Shown here piece by piece: positions 1 to 10,065 of a stretch of 64,000 nucleotides of DNA. Both the position numbers and the translations under genes were made by a program. Source of the DNA: an uncultured delta proteobacterium (lineage in GTDB: Bacteria > Desulfobacterota > Binatia > HRBIN30 > BPIQ01); assembly GCA_963761335.1 (NCBI GenBank), contig CAVXGR010000021.1, forward strand, positions 1 through 64,000. Reading direction: 5' to 3'. Each line of letters starts with the position of its first letter. The first letter of the stretch is position 1. The notes below the pieces were generated by a model. The model did not search any database and was not told the origin of the DNA. It worked only from the letters and a program-made list of their open reading frames with translations.

Positions 1-1434
1 ACATGGGGCCTCGTCTCGATCGTCGCCCTGCTCGTGTTTGCTCCCCTTCTGCACAGCTCCTTCTTCGTCATCACCTTCGACGACGACGCCTTCATCCTCG
101 ACAATCCGTACATCCGCTCCCTCTCCTGGCAGGCGCTACAGGCGTGGTTCGGCGGCTTCTATCACGCCGACTACATCCCCGTGACGCTTGCCTCCTTTGC
201 CGTTGATTACCGCATCTGGGGCTTGCAACCGGCCGGGTATCATCTGAGCAATATCCTGCTGCATCTGCTCGCCAGCAGCCTGGTCGCCATCTTCGCGGCG
301 CGCGCCTGCCGGCGGACCGAGGTCGGCATTCTCGCGGGGGCGCTGTTCGCCCTTCACCCTCTGCAGCTCGCGGCAGTCGCCATCGTCGCGCAGCGAAAGA
401 CGATCCTGGCGACGATCTTCGCCCTCCTGGCACTGATCGCGTATCAGGGGTATCTGCGGCGCTCCTCTCGGACTTCCTATCTCGTCGCTCTGGCCTGCTT
501 CGCCATCGGGGGCCTGGCGAAATCGAGCATCGTGCCCCTGCCGTTCCTTCTCGGGTTGTACGAGTGGCTCGATCGTCGGCGCGTTCGGATCTGGGACAAG
601 GTCCCTTTTCTGGTCATCGCCGCCGGGCTCGCCTGTCTGAGCATCGCCTCGAAGGTCGGCATCGGGGTCATCAAAGCCCCGCAAGGTGGAAACCGTTTGG
701 TCGCCGCGCTTCTCATGGGTCGGGTGTGGGTCGAATACATCGCCGCCTTCTTCGTTCCGATCCACCTGTCGGCGGCGTACTATTACTCGCCGGCGCTGGC
801 ATACTCGCCTTGGCACGTGGCCGCGCTTGCGCTCGTCGTGATTGCACACATCTGGCTGTGGCTGCGGCGCGAGCGCTTTCCGATGACGGCGTTCGCCTTG
901 TTCTGGTTTACCCTGGCGATGCTGCCGGTGTCGAACATCATCCCGATCACCGTCGTCCGCACCGATCAGTACATGTACCTGGGCATGATCGGCTTGGTGA
1001 CCTGGGCGGCATATGGTCTCGCCCGCCTGCCGTCGCCCGCCGGCTCCCTTCGAGCGCTTCGCCCCTTGGCTCTGTATGTGCTGCTGCTGCCTCTCGGGGC
1101 TCTCACCACGGCGTCGACGGCCACATGGCACGACGACGTGACCATCTGGCGCCGGGTCGTGCTCGAGCATCCGTGGAACGCGCGCGCCCCCTACCTGCTC
1201 GCCCGGGCCTACGTCAACGCCGCGGATTTCGTCGACGCGGTGCCGGTGCTGGACGCCGCGATCCAGCGAGACCCCGCGTACGCGGCCCCTCACGTGTTGC
1301 TTGCGTACGTATTCCTTCGCACGGGCGACATCGAGCGGGCGCGGAGCGAGGCGCGCCAGGGGCTGGCGCTTGACCCAGGAGAACCCCTGCCGGAGTCCCT
1401 TCGCCGGCTGCTGGAGAATTCCTCCGACGGGTAG
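1..1434 (+). CDS. TMTC-like GT-C membrane glycosyltransferase with C-terminal TPRs (5' truncated by window edge)
   Basis: Frame is open from base 1. DDDAFILDNP acidic loop motif, many hydrophobic segments, LFALHPLQ motif and C-terminal TPR-like helices. Confidence 0.75.
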   Translation, partial: TWGLVSIVALLVFAPLLHSSFFVITFDDDAFILDNPYIRSLSWQALQAWFGGFYHADYIPVTLASFAVDYRIWGLQPAGYHLSNILLHLLASSLVAIFAARACRRTEVGILAGALFALHPLQLAAVAIVAQRKTILATIFALLALIAYQGYLRRSSRTSYLVALACFAIGGLAKSSIVPLPFLLGLYEWLDRRRVRIWDKVPFLVIAAGLACLSIASKVGIGVIKAPQGGNRLVAALLMGRVWVEYIAAFFVPIHLSAAYYYSPALAYSPWHVAALALVVIAHIWLWLRRERFPMTAFALFWFTLAMLPVSNIIPITVVRTDQYMYLGMIGLVTWAAYGLARLPSPAGSLRALRPLALYVLLLPLGALTTASTATWHDDVTIWRRVVLEHPWNARAPYLLARAYVNAADFVDAVPVLDAAIQRDPAYAAPHVLLAYVFLRTGDIERARSEARQGLALDPGEPLPESLRRLLENSSDG

Positions 1435-1455
1435 CGTCGCCGATGGCGATGGTCC

Positions 1456-3132
1456 TCAGATCTCGCCGTAGTCCCACGGGGCGCGCTTGGCGAGCTCGGC
1501 AAGCGGCGCATTGCCTTCTGCGAGCAGGCCGCGCTTGGCGTCGAAGATGCGCCAGTGCAGCGAGAAGCGCAGCAGCGGCTGCGACTCGACCGTGATGACG
1601 CGCAGGTCGCCGTCCTCGAAGCCGCACTGTGCCTGAATGTTCTCGAGCAGGCGGTCATTGCACAGGTGGCCCTCGCCGAAGTTCCAGCCGAGCACCGAGC
1701 CGGCGACGTTCTCCCCGTCGACGTAGGTGTACTCGTGAAACGGGCGCCCGCTGATGGCGCGGGGCAGCAGCAGGCCGAGGACGCGTCCCTGCAGGTGCAG
1801 AGAGCGAAACGCCAGGCCGCGGCAATCCATTTGGGCGGCCTCCTCGGGCGCGAAGCGCTGCAGCTGCTCGCGGAAGAGCGGTGAGGCGCGCTTCAGGCGG
1901 TCGAGCTTCTTGTAGCCGTCGCCGCGGAACAACCAGGCATTCCATGCCCAGTTGCCGGCGTAGTAGCGCATCGCCACCAGGAACGAGACCCGCGAGGGGA
2001 CGAGATTGCCGATCAGCGGCAGGAGCACGAGCCCGACGATGAGGAAGAGCGCCAGCGGCGTGGAGTCGATGTCGAGCACCGTCAGCTGCGGGTGGCCGAC
2101 GAAGAGAAAGAAGGCAGCGTAGAGGCTGACGAGGTTCCACTCGAAGACGGCGCCGACGGGCATGTTGCCGAGGATGAAGCCGTGCAGCAGCAGCACCAGG
2201 ATCATGCCGACGACGAGCAGTGGCCCTGCCTGGTGGACGAACAGCAGCGTCAGCGGCGCGGCGAACTCGAGGAAGGTACCGGCGTGCGCCATCGTCCTGC
2301 CCAGCAGAGACGGCGCGAGGTCTTTCGGGTAGGAGGCGAACATCCGCCGCCGCGTCGCTGCGCTCTTCACCAGCGGGTTGTTCAGCACCATCACCGGGAT
2401 GACGTAGCCGAAGGCGACGGTGAGCTTGGAGACGCCCGCCCAGAACCAGATCCCCAGCTGCACCGCCTTGCAGGCGGGAATCCAGCTCGCCGTCAGGACG
2501 AAGCAGACGATCATGGCGAAGTGATGCTCGAGGCGCGCCGCGAGCAGAATGGTCTTGTCGCCGAGGCCGCAGAGCGGCAGCAGGACGACAATCGGCAGCA
2601 GCTGCGAAGCGCCGATCGCCGGAGAGACCAGGGCGCGCAGCAGCGAGGCGATGAAAGCGGCATAGAGAGCGACGTCGAGCCAGGTCCGCGTGCGGCCGCC
2701 GAAGAGCGGCAGATTCGGAAAGGGCGCCAGCTTGGTCGTCCCCGGCCGCAGGAAGTGCAGGAAGGCGGTGAACGGTGGCCAGATGTGGAAGCCGAGCGGC
2801 CCGCTCATGCAGCCGAGTCCGAGCACCTCGATCGTGCAGGCCCAGATGAATACCTTCTGGAAGGCAATCGGCTGCAGCCACCACGAGCCGATCTTCCAGA
2901 AGGAGACGCCGGGCGTGAAGCTGCAGAAGAACATCCAGGCGAGGACGATCAGGCCCAGCTTCACGGCGTGGAAGGCGTAGGCGCTGATGGGGAGGCCGAT
3001 GCCCTGGAGCACGTAGCCCTCGCAGCCTTCGCGAACCAGTGCCGAGAAGCTCTTGCCGGGCGGCGAGTCTGGCTCCTCCCGCCGCGTGTCGCTTGCCGCC
3101 GTTCGTTCCCTACTGGCGCCGATTCCGTCCAC
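1456..3132 (-). CDS. DUF3556-family multi-pass membrane protein
   Basis: 558 aa; GLGCMSGPL...FLRPGT.KL.PFP, DKTI.LAAR.EH, MRYYAGNW and GWNFGEGHL motifs resemble the actinobacterial DUF3556 family. Confidence 0.75.
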   Translation of the reverse strand: MDGIGASRERTAASDTRREEPDSPPGKSFSALVREGCEGYVLQGIGLPISAYAFHAVKLGLIVLAWMFFCSFTPGVSFWKIGSWWLQPIAFQKVFIWACTIEVLGLGCMSGPLGFHIWPPFTAFLHFLRPGTTKLAPFPNLPLFGGRTRTWLDVALYAAFIASLLRALVSPAIGASQLLPIVVLLPLCGLGDKTILLAARLEHHFAMIVCFVLTASWIPACKAVQLGIWFWAGVSKLTVAFGYVIPVMVLNNPLVKSAATRRRMFASYPKDLAPSLLGRTMAHAGTFLEFAAPLTLLFVHQAGPLLVVGMILVLLLHGFILGNMPVGAVFEWNLVSLYAAFFLFVGHPQLTVLDIDSTPLALFLIVGLVLLPLIGNLVPSRVSFLVAMRYYAGNWAWNAWLFRGDGYKKLDRLKRASPLFREQLQRFAPEEAAQMDCRGLAFRSLHLQGRVLGLLLPRAISGRPFHEYTYVDGENVAGSVLGWNFGEGHLCNDRLLENIQAQCGFEDGDLRVITVESQPLLRFSLHWRIFDAKRGLLAEGNAPLAELAKRAPWDYGEI

Positions 3133-3155
3133 GCCGCTCGTTTAGCGCAGTTCGG

Positions 3156-3773
3156 TCAGCTTTTGCCATCGCCGCTTGCGACAAAGAGCGCGTCGATGAC
3201 GGCGTCGACGACGCCGAGGAAGTCGTCGATGCTCACCGACGGCTCCCAGGCCTGCTGTAGGACGAATCCCTGAATGACGGCGAGCATGAAGCGCGACAGC
3301 GCGTCGGGGTCGAGGGAGGCGGGCAGCTGGCCGCGCCGCTGTGCTGCCGCCAACGCCTGGGCGGCGGGCCGGCGCTGCGCCAGCCCGCGCCGGATGGTGC
3401 CGGCGACGCGCTTGCTGCGCAGCGCCTCTGCCCAGACCTGCACGGTGACCCGCCGGCGGCGCCGTTCGCGCGGATCGCGCAGCCAGTCGAAGTACGCGTG
3501 CGCCAGCTGGTGGAGGCCGGCCGCCAGATCGCCGGGCGCGATCGCCCGCGCCAGCAGCTCGCTCTCGCGGGCGTGGCGCGCCTCGGCGATCGCCTCGACA
3601 ATGGCATCCTTGCTGCGGAAGTAGCGGTAGATCGCCCCGGCGCTCAGCTGCGACTTTGCGATGATGTCCTGCATCGAGGTGCGGTGAAATCCCTGGCGCG
3701 CAAAGCAGGCCACGGCCGCCTCGAGAATCTGCCGGCGGCGGGCATCGCGGTGTGCCTCGCTGACCTTCGGCAT
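3156..3773 (-). CDS. TetR/AcrR family transcriptional regulator
   Basis: MPKVSEAHRDARRRQILEAAVACFARQGFHRTSMQDII...SAGAIYRYFRSK HTH; AGGAGG RBS upstream of ATG 3773. Confidence 0.9.
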   Translation of the reverse strand: MPKVSEAHRDARRRQILEAAVACFARQGFHRTSMQDIIAKSQLSAGAIYRYFRSKDAIVEAIAEARHARESELLARAIAPGDLAAGLHQLAHAYFDWLRDPRERRRRRVTVQVWAEALRSKRVAGTIRRGLAQRRPAAQALAAAQRRGQLPASLDPDALSRFMLAVIQGFVLQQAWEPSVSIDDFLGVVDAVIDALFVASGDGKS

Positions 3774-3781
3774 GAGTCCTC

Positions 3782-4663
3782 CTAGACGCGCTCGGCGATG
3801 GCGACGTGGTACAGCTTCGAGCCCGGCTCGTTTCGCCGGAGCTGTGGACAGTATCGCAGAGCGGCCTCGGCCGTGCTGACATCGGTGAGCGCGCCGAAGC
3901 CACGCGCCTCCAGATAGGTCGGCAGCTCCGCGGGGACGAAGCCGAAGATGAAGGGCTCGCTGTTGAGGCGTACCCAGCCGCGCCATCGGGCTGCCTCTGC
4001 GAAGTGAACGGAGCCGTCGAGGGCTCCGCGATGCACGTAGGTGAAGATGATTCGGCTCCCCGGGGCGGTGAGATTCGCCAGGATGGCGAAGTTGCGATCG
4101 ACCGAGTCCGTGGTCAGGTAGCTGACCACGCCTTCCCACACCACGACCGAGGGCGCCGCCGGATCGTAGCCGCAGCTCCGCAGTGCCTCTCCAAGATCGT
4201 CGCGCTCGAAGTCGATGGGCAGGTAGCGGACGTGGGCGGGGAGCGTGCCCAGTGCGGCGCGCAGCCGCGCGCACTTGGCTCGCTGCGTCGCCGGGTGGTC
4301 CACCTCGAACACGGCGACCGCACGCCCCTGCAGGAGCCGATACGGGCGGCTGTCGAGCCCGGCGCCGAGCAGGACGAGCTGTGCGGTTCCGCGGTCGAGT
4401 GCCTCGACGACGGCGTCGTCGATGAGCCGGGTGCGCACCACCGCGGAGCTGCGGGTGCGCGGCCAGCCGCGGTCCACCATCCAGGGCACGGCGCGTCCGA
4501 TGAAGGGCAGGCCGGCGGCGCGGGCGGCGGCGCGCAGCCCTCCGGACAGCAGGGCGACGGCGTACGGATCGTCGAACAATCGCTGGCTCTGCGGCCGGCC
4601 GCTCTCGAAGGCGCGAAAGAGCGCCATGTACTCGGCGGTGCGGCTGGGGCGGTCGACTTTCAT
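3782..4663 (-). CDS. LCM-family (leucine carboxyl methyltransferase-like) SAM-dependent methyltransferase
   Basis: LFDDPYA, RTRLIDD, QLVLLGAGLDSR, FEVDHP and WEGV.SYL motifs. Confidence 0.9.
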   Translation of the reverse strand: MKVDRPSRTAEYMALFRAFESGRPQSQRLFDDPYAVALLSGGLRAAARAAGLPFIGRAVPWMVDRGWPRTRSSAVVRTRLIDDAVVEALDRGTAQLVLLGAGLDSRPYRLLQGRAVAVFEVDHPATQRAKCARLRAALGTLPAHVRYLPIDFERDDLGEALRSCGYDPAAPSVVVWEGVVSYLTTDSVDRNFAILANLTAPGSRIIFTYVHRGALDGSVHFAEAARWRGWVRLNSEPFIFGFVPAELPTYLEARGFGALTDVSTAEAALRYCPQLRRNEPGSKLYHVAIAERV

Positions 4664-4715
4664 AAAAAAAGCGAACGTTCGTTCTTTATATGGAGAAGGC
4701 GCGCATTCCTGTCAA
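4664..4715 (-). promoter_or_regulatory. sigma70-type promoter plus palindromic operator (likely TetR site)
   Basis: Minus strand TTGACA-N17-CATATA, followed by the imperfect palindrome AAAGAACGAACGTTCGCTTTTTTT abutting the methyltransferase ATG. Confidence 0.65.
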
Positions 4716-4838
4716 TGAGCCGTTCTGGCGGGGCGGGCTCCCTTTCGGCGAAGGGCCCCCGAGGAGGATTGCCTCGCCGCGCCACGGGGTTGAGGAGTTG
4801 CCGCGGTCGATGCGGCCGGGACGGGGCTCCCAGACGCT

Positions 4839-5783
4839 TCAGGGATTGGCAATGATCAGGGCGTGGATCTCCCGGGCGAGCAGGTCGGGGTGGGTCACGG
4901 GCAGCATGTGGCTGCCGTCCGGGACCAGGACGAGTCGCGAATGCGGCAGCCGCCGTTGAAGGTCTTCGCCGACGGGCTGCGGCACGAGGTGATCGTCGGT
5001 GCCCTGGATCACCAGCGCCGGCATCTCGAGCATTTCTGGATGCAGGGGAACGCCGCGGCTGCGCTGCGCTTCCAGGACGAACGACCGCAGCGTTCCGGGG
5101 AGCCCCAGCATCGAGCGCGTGTACTCCGTCCACGCGGACGGAATGTTCTCTTCTCGTGCGAACGCCTGCACCAGATTGTCGTGCGTGATCTGCCGGCTCA
5201 GCGGCGGGATGCCGGCAATCCACTCCAGTAGCGGGGTGGCCACCGGCGAACGGAGGATCATACCGAGCGCGCCGCTGTCCTCCGGCTGCGCTGGTCCGAC
5301 GGCGCCGACCAGCACCAGGCGATCGACGCGTTCGGGAGCCTGCTCGGCAAACGTCTGCACCACCGCGCCGCCGTACGACCAGCCGACCAGGGTGGCGCGC
5401 TGGATGCCGAGCGCGTCGAGGAGCTGGCCGAGCTGGCGCGCGTTGGACGCGTAGGTGTAGTGATCCGGGCTCGTGTCCGGGCGACTGGAGTAGCCGAAGC
5501 CGGCCCGATCGTAGGCGATGACGCGATGGCCGAGAGCCGCCAGCGTCTGCGGCAGCCGCGCCCAGTCGCTGGCGCACGACGGCAGACCGTGGACGAGAAC
5601 CACCGGGCTGCCGCTGCCTACCTCGACGACGTTCAGCACGACGCCGTCGCCGATCGCCACTGCCTTTCCGCGCGGCGGCAGCATGTGGGGGTCGGTTCCC
5701 CAACCGGGTATCGCCGCCAGCAGCAGCGGCACGAAGACGATTGCCAGTGCGATCAGAACCGCGACAGCGAGCTTTCGCATCAT
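4839..5783 (-). CDS. alpha/beta hydrolase with N-terminal membrane anchor
   Basis: VLVHG, DRAGFGYS, GWSYGG nucleophile elbow, catalytic D (GTDD) and H (GSHM). Confidence 0.9.
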   Translation of the reverse strand: MMRKLAVAVLIALAIVFVPLLLAAIPGWGTDPHMLPPRGKAVAIGDGVVLNVVEVGSGSPVVLVHGLPSCASDWARLPQTLAALGHRVIAYDRAGFGYSSRPDTSPDHYTYASNARQLGQLLDALGIQRATLVGWSYGGAVVQTFAEQAPERVDRLVLVGAVGPAQPEDSGALGMILRSPVATPLLEWIAGIPPLSRQITHDNLVQAFAREENIPSAWTEYTRSMLGLPGTLRSFVLEAQRSRGVPLHPEMLEMPALVIQGTDDHLVPQPVGEDLQRRLPHSRLVLVPDGSHMLPVTHPDLLAREIHALIIANP

Positions 5784-6031
5784 CCCAACCTTTCTTGGAT
5801 CCGGCGCGGGGCCGAAAGGACACCGGAGGCCGGCGTGGAGCGGCGCGCGCGCCGGCCTCCGAACTTGACAGCCGATTGGTCCGGGCCGTAATCCACCTCC
5901 ATGCGCTCTCTCGACTGGCGGCGGCTCGCCGGCTGTGGCTGTCTCGGAATGGTGCTCCTGCTTGCCAGCTGGTGCAGTGGGGCAGCGAGGCGACCAACCC
6001 TTGCCCCAGGGAACATCGACGCGAGGCCGTG

Positions 6032-6822
6032 ATGGAATCTCCCGCGATGAGAACCGAGCCCGAGTCCGGACCTGTGAGGCTCTACAGCTACGCCATGAGC
6101 CCTTACGCGGCGAAGGTGCATTGCTTTCTCCTCTACAAACGCATCCCGTTCGAATGCTTCTACATCAATCCGCTTCGCGTCAAACGGGATCTGCCGGTGG
6201 GCCGACAAATCCCGGTGGTGACGATCGGGGATGAAAGCCGCGCAGACTCCACACCCATCGGGTTGTGGCTCGACGAACGGTTCCCACAGCTACCCCGGTT
6301 GCTACCCGAGACCGGGGATCAGCGTGAACGGCTGCTCGAGATCGACGATTGGATCACGCACTGTTTGATTCCCGGGAGCTTTCGTTTCTTTCCAGGCGAA
6401 GGCCTCAACCACTGGCTGAACGGTTGGCGGCTCGCTCATGTGATGCACAAGACGCCCGGGGTGGCCTTCCGGTGATGCTGCGTGCGGCATGGCCTTTGTT
6501 CATCAAGCGATTGGCGTTCGTCCGCCGCCTGCTCGAGATGGCAGACGACGGACTGCCGATGGAGGCTTCCAAGCGGAAGCTGTACCAGCAGTTCATTGCG
6601 CATCTGGCGGCCGGGCCCTTCCTTGCTGGGCGTGCCGAGCCTTCCCTTGCCGATCTCGCGGCGTACCCCCAGTTCGCACTCTTCTACCTCACCGACTTTC
6701 GAGGGGGCGAGGACATCCTGGAGTACCCGGCGATCTTGTCATGGCTGAGGCGCATGAGCCGTTGTGTCTCCGGGACGCCGCCGCTGGTCCCCGCTGTGGT
6801 TCGGAAGCGCGAGCTTCCGTAG
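6032..6822 (+). pseudogene. GST-family (prostaglandin E synthase 2-like) protein, frameshifted near 6455
   Basis: N-half YSYAMSPYAAKV...RQIPVV...DST in the frame ending at 6475; C-half FLAGRAEPSLADLAAYPQF in the frame ending at 6822. Confidence 0.7.
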
Positions 6823-6994
6823 CACCGGGGAGGCGACCCAAAATGGAATTGCCGAGACGGCTTTGCGTCTCTGCGGCTTTGCGTTCCTTCTCCCCTGGAT
6901 ACTGGCAGTGGCTGACTGGAGAATAGGAGGCGGAGGCAGCCGGTCCCATGGGGCGGCTTTCTTTCGCCGCAGCCCGACGTTATAAGTCACGGAA

Positions 6995-8743
6995 GTGTCG
7001 AACTGGCCTGCCGCTGCCCGCGCCCGGTCCCGCCGCGCGGGGGAGACCGTTCTTTTCGCCAAGAAGGAAGAGGGGGCGGTCCGCGTCTGTCTCGCCTACC
7101 CCAATACCTATGCGGTGGGCATGGGGAACCTCGGCTTCCAGGTCGTCTACGAGATGTTCGATCGCGACCCCGACGTGGTGTGCGAGCGCGTCTTCCTGCC
7201 GGACCGCGGTGAGCTCGACGGCGGTGAGCTGCTGAGCTTCGAGTCGCAGCGGCCGGTCGCCGCCGCCGACATCCTCGCCTTCTCCGTCTCCTTCGAGACC
7301 GACTACTGGCACGTGGTGCGACAGCTGGCGCAGGCGGGTCTGCCGCCGCGCCGCCTCCAGCGCGGCGAGTACGGGCCGCTGGTGATCGCCGGCGGCCCCG
7401 CGGTCTTCCTCAATCCCGAGCCGCTGGCGGAGTTCGTCGACCTCTTCCTCGTCGGCGAGGCGGAGGAGATGCTTCCGGAGTTTCTCGCCGTCTATCGCGA
7501 GTGCCGTGAGGCGCGCGCCGACCGCGCCGCGCTCCTGGGGCGGGTGGCCGAGCGGGTTGCCGGCGCCTACGTGCCGGCGTTCTTCGCGCCGCGCTACGAC
7601 GGCCCGGTGCAGGTCGGCCTCGACCATACCGGCCCCGGCCCTGAGCGAGTCGAGCGCCGCCTGGTGTGGGACCTCAACCGCTTCGCCACCAGCTCGCGGG
7701 TGCTGAGCGACGAGGCGGTGTTCGGCGACATGGTGCTGGTCGAGGCCAGCCGCGGCTGCCAGTGGGGCTGCCGCTTCTGCGCCGCCGGCTACATGTACCG
7801 CCCGATTCGCACGCGCGGCGTCGAGGAGCTCGCCGAGAGCGTCCGCAGCGCTCTCGAGCATCGCCAGACCGTCGGCTTGGTCGGCGCCGAGATGGCCAGC
7901 GTTGCGGGCGTCGATGCACTCGCCGAGCTGGCCAACACCGCCGGCGGGCGCCTGTCGCCGTCGTCGTTGAAGGCCGACTGCGTCACCCCGCGTCTGGCGG
8001 CGGCGCTGGCGCGGGTGCGCAGCCGCAGCGTCACCATCGCCCCCGAGGCCGGCTCGGAGCGCATGCGCCGGGTGATCAACAAGAATCTCACCGAGCCCGA
8101 CATCCTCCGCGCCGTCGACCTGATGGCGGGGGAAGGCGTGCCCGACGTGAAGCTGTACTTCATGATCGGCCTGCCGACCGAAGAGGACGACGATGTTCTC
8201 GCCATCGCGGCGCTCACCGCGCGCGTCTCCGAGCGCCTCTGCGAGAAGGGCCGCAGCCGCGGCCGCGCCGGCGCCGTGACGGTGTCGATCAATCCCTTCG
8301 TCCCCAAGCCGTGGACGCCGTTCCAGTGGGATCCGATGGAAGAGTCGGCGCGCCTGAAGGCGAAGATCGCCCTGCTGCGGCGCGCCCTGCGGCGGGTGCC
8401 CAACTCCAAGGTGGACATCGAGTCGCCGCGCGAGGCGTATTTCCAGACGCTGCTGTCGCGCGGCGACCGCCGCGTCGGCGCCGTGCTCGAGGCGATCCAC
8501 CGGGCCGATGGCGACTGGTGGGGCGTCGTGCAGCAGTGGCGGCGGAACGGCCTGGGCGACCTGCCGCCCGCGGACGGCTACGTGCACCGCAGCTACGCCT
8601 TCGACGAGATGCTCCCCTGGGACTTCATCGACCACCGTATCGACAAATCGTATCTCTGGGTGGAGCGACGCAAGGCGTTGGAGGCGCGGCAGACGCCGCC
8701 CTGCGACACCACCACTTGCACCACCTGCGCCGCTTGCCCTTGA
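6995..8743 (+). CDS. B12-binding-like radical SAM protein
   Basis: YPNTYAVGMGNLG N-terminus, RGCQWGCRFC CxxxCxxC motif, TIAPEAGSERMR, C-terminal CxxxxCxxCxxC. Confidence 0.85.
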   Translation: MSNWPAAARARSRRAGETVLFAKKEEGAVRVCLAYPNTYAVGMGNLGFQVVYEMFDRDPDVVCERVFLPDRGELDGGELLSFESQRPVAAADILAFSVSFETDYWHVVRQLAQAGLPPRRLQRGEYGPLVIAGGPAVFLNPEPLAEFVDLFLVGEAEEMLPEFLAVYRECREARADRAALLGRVAERVAGAYVPAFFAPRYDGPVQVGLDHTGPGPERVERRLVWDLNRFATSSRVLSDEAVFGDMVLVEASRGCQWGCRFCAAGYMYRPIRTRGVEELAESVRSALEHRQTVGLVGAEMASVAGVDALAELANTAGGRLSPSSLKADCVTPRLAAALARVRSRSVTIAPEAGSERMRRVINKNLTEPDILRAVDLMAGEGVPDVKLYFMIGLPTEEDDDVLAIAALTARVSERLCEKGRSRGRAGAVTVSINPFVPKPWTPFQWDPMEESARLKAKIALLRRALRRVPNSKVDIESPREAYFQTLLSRGDRRVGAVLEAIHRADGDWWGVVQQWRRNGLGDLPPADGYVHRSYAFDEMLPWDFIDHRIDKSYLWVERRKALEARQTPPCDTTTCTTCAACP

Positions 8744-8752
8744 TGGGGATTG

Positions 8753-8800
8753 GAGGGTTTTCGAGTTTGCGGGTTTGCGGGTTTGCGGGTTCGCGGGTGC
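8753..8800. repeat. 8-bp-period tandem repeat (GCGGGTTT-like)
   Basis: gagggttt tcgagttt gcgggttt gcgggttt gcgggttc gcgggtgc between the radical SAM gene and acpS. Confidence 0.8.
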
Positions 8801-8801
8801 G

Positions 8802-9206
8802 ATGATTCTCGGCATCGGCATCGACACCATCGAGGTGGCGCGCATTGCCGCGGCGATCTCGCACCCGCGCACCGGGACGCGTTTCAAGGAGCGCGTCTTC
8901 ACCCCGGGGGAGATCGCCTACTGCGAGCGCCGCCGGCAGGCGGCGCAGAGCTATGCGGCGCGCTTTGCCGCCAAGGAGGCGGTGATGAAGGCGCTGGAGC
9001 GCGGCTTCGGGGGCGGTATCGGCTGGCGCGAGATCGAGGTCGTGCGCCAGCGCGGCGCGCCCCGGATCGAGCTCAGCGGGCGAGCCCTGGCGCTGGCGAA
9101 CGAGAAGCGGATCCACCGCTTTCACCTGTCGCTCACCCACAGCGAGGCGACGGCGATCGCCTACGTCATTGCGGAGGGTGACGAGTGCGGCGGCTCGGCA
9201 ACATGA
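8802..9206 (+). CDS. acpS: holo-[acyl-carrier-protein] synthase
   Basis: MILGIGIDTIEV, FTPGEIAYC, YAARFAAKEAVMKAL, LSLTH. Confidence 0.95.
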   Translation: MILGIGIDTIEVARIAAAISHPRTGTRFKERVFTPGEIAYCERRRQAAQSYAARFAAKEAVMKALERGFGGGIGWREIEVVRQRGAPRIELSGRALALANEKRIHRFHLSLTHSEATAIAYVIAEGDECGGSAT

Positions 9207-9414
9207 TCAGCGTGGCCACCGCCCAGATGCCGAGGATGAAGCCGGCGACCGTCCACCACGACTTCGAGTAGCCGTTGTTGTGGGCGAAGAGCCGGCACAT
9301 CACCGCGTTGCAGATGTTGATCACGAGGAGAGTGCGCAGCAGTGTCCCCGGATCCATGTCCGGCGCTACCAGGCGAAGGCCGGTCGCATATCCGAGGAGT
9401 ACGTCCCAGGTCAC
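9166..9414 (-). CDS. small membrane protein, hypothetical (probable GTG start)
   Basis: Two hydrophobic segments (LLVINICNAVMC; WWTVAGFILGIWAVATLIML); overlaps the 3' end of acpS tail-to-tail. Confidence 0.55.
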   Translation of the reverse strand: MTWDVLLGYATGLRLVAPDMDPGTLLRTLLVINICNAVMCRLFAHNNGYSKSWWTVAGFILGIWAVATLIMLPSRRTRHPPQ

Positions 9415-9455
9415 GGTTGACGCTCTGCGTCGGGCGCCACTATAGTGAGATCCGC

Positions 9456-9851
9456 ATGACGAGCAAATCTCCACACGGGAAAGACGGTCTGCTGGGCTGG
9501 CTCTACGATCGGGGCGAGGAGACTCTGGCGCAGGTGGTCGAGGATCTGACCCGACACCGGGCGCTCAGCGACACGGTCACCCAGGCAGTGAAGCGCGCCG
9601 CCAAGGCCAAGGGGCAGATCGACCACAATATGCAGGCGATGCTCGGCCTGCTCAACGTGCCGTCGCGGGCGGACTATCAGAAGCTGCTGATCAAGGTGGA
9701 GACGCTGCAGGGCAGCCTGATCAACGTGAACATGAAGCTCGACCGTCTGCTGGCCGCGATGGCGGCGGCGGCGGAGAAGCCCAAGCGTCGCTCCCGCCCG
9801 CCGCGAGCCCGCGCCACCCATCCCCGCCCGACGCCCGGCACCCGGCAGTAA
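9456..9851 (+). CDS. phasin/PHA-granule-associated-like coiled-coil protein
   Basis: Amphipathic helices, LLNVPSRADYQKL motif then a coiled coil and basic tail; TTGACG-N18-TATAGT promoter just upstream. Confidence 0.5.
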   Translation: MTSKSPHGKDGLLGWLYDRGEETLAQVVEDLTRHRALSDTVTQAVKRAAKAKGQIDHNMQAMLGLLNVPSRADYQKLLIKVETLQGSLINVNMKLDRLLAAMAAAAEKPKRRSRPPRARATHPRPTPGTRQ

Positions 9852-10065
9852 CCCCCGGGAAGGCAGGGCCCTCCCCCAACAGCCAACACCTCAACACCCC
9901 TGTCCCCTCGCCGCCCTTTGACTTCCCCGGCTCGGGGGGTCATCATTTGGGGCGGTCGATGGTGATGGGGGCGGAAACGGTAGGAATCTTGGTATCTTAT
10001 CTCCACTGCCGCGGGATGTGTGGGCGCCTTCCGCAGGCGTCGCCCGGCGGCTCCAGAGCACATCG

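Noticed and set aside
9860..10065. Possible structured RNA in the rnj leader
   Set aside because: A promoter-like TTGACT-N17-CATCAT is present, but I could not support any known RNA motif.
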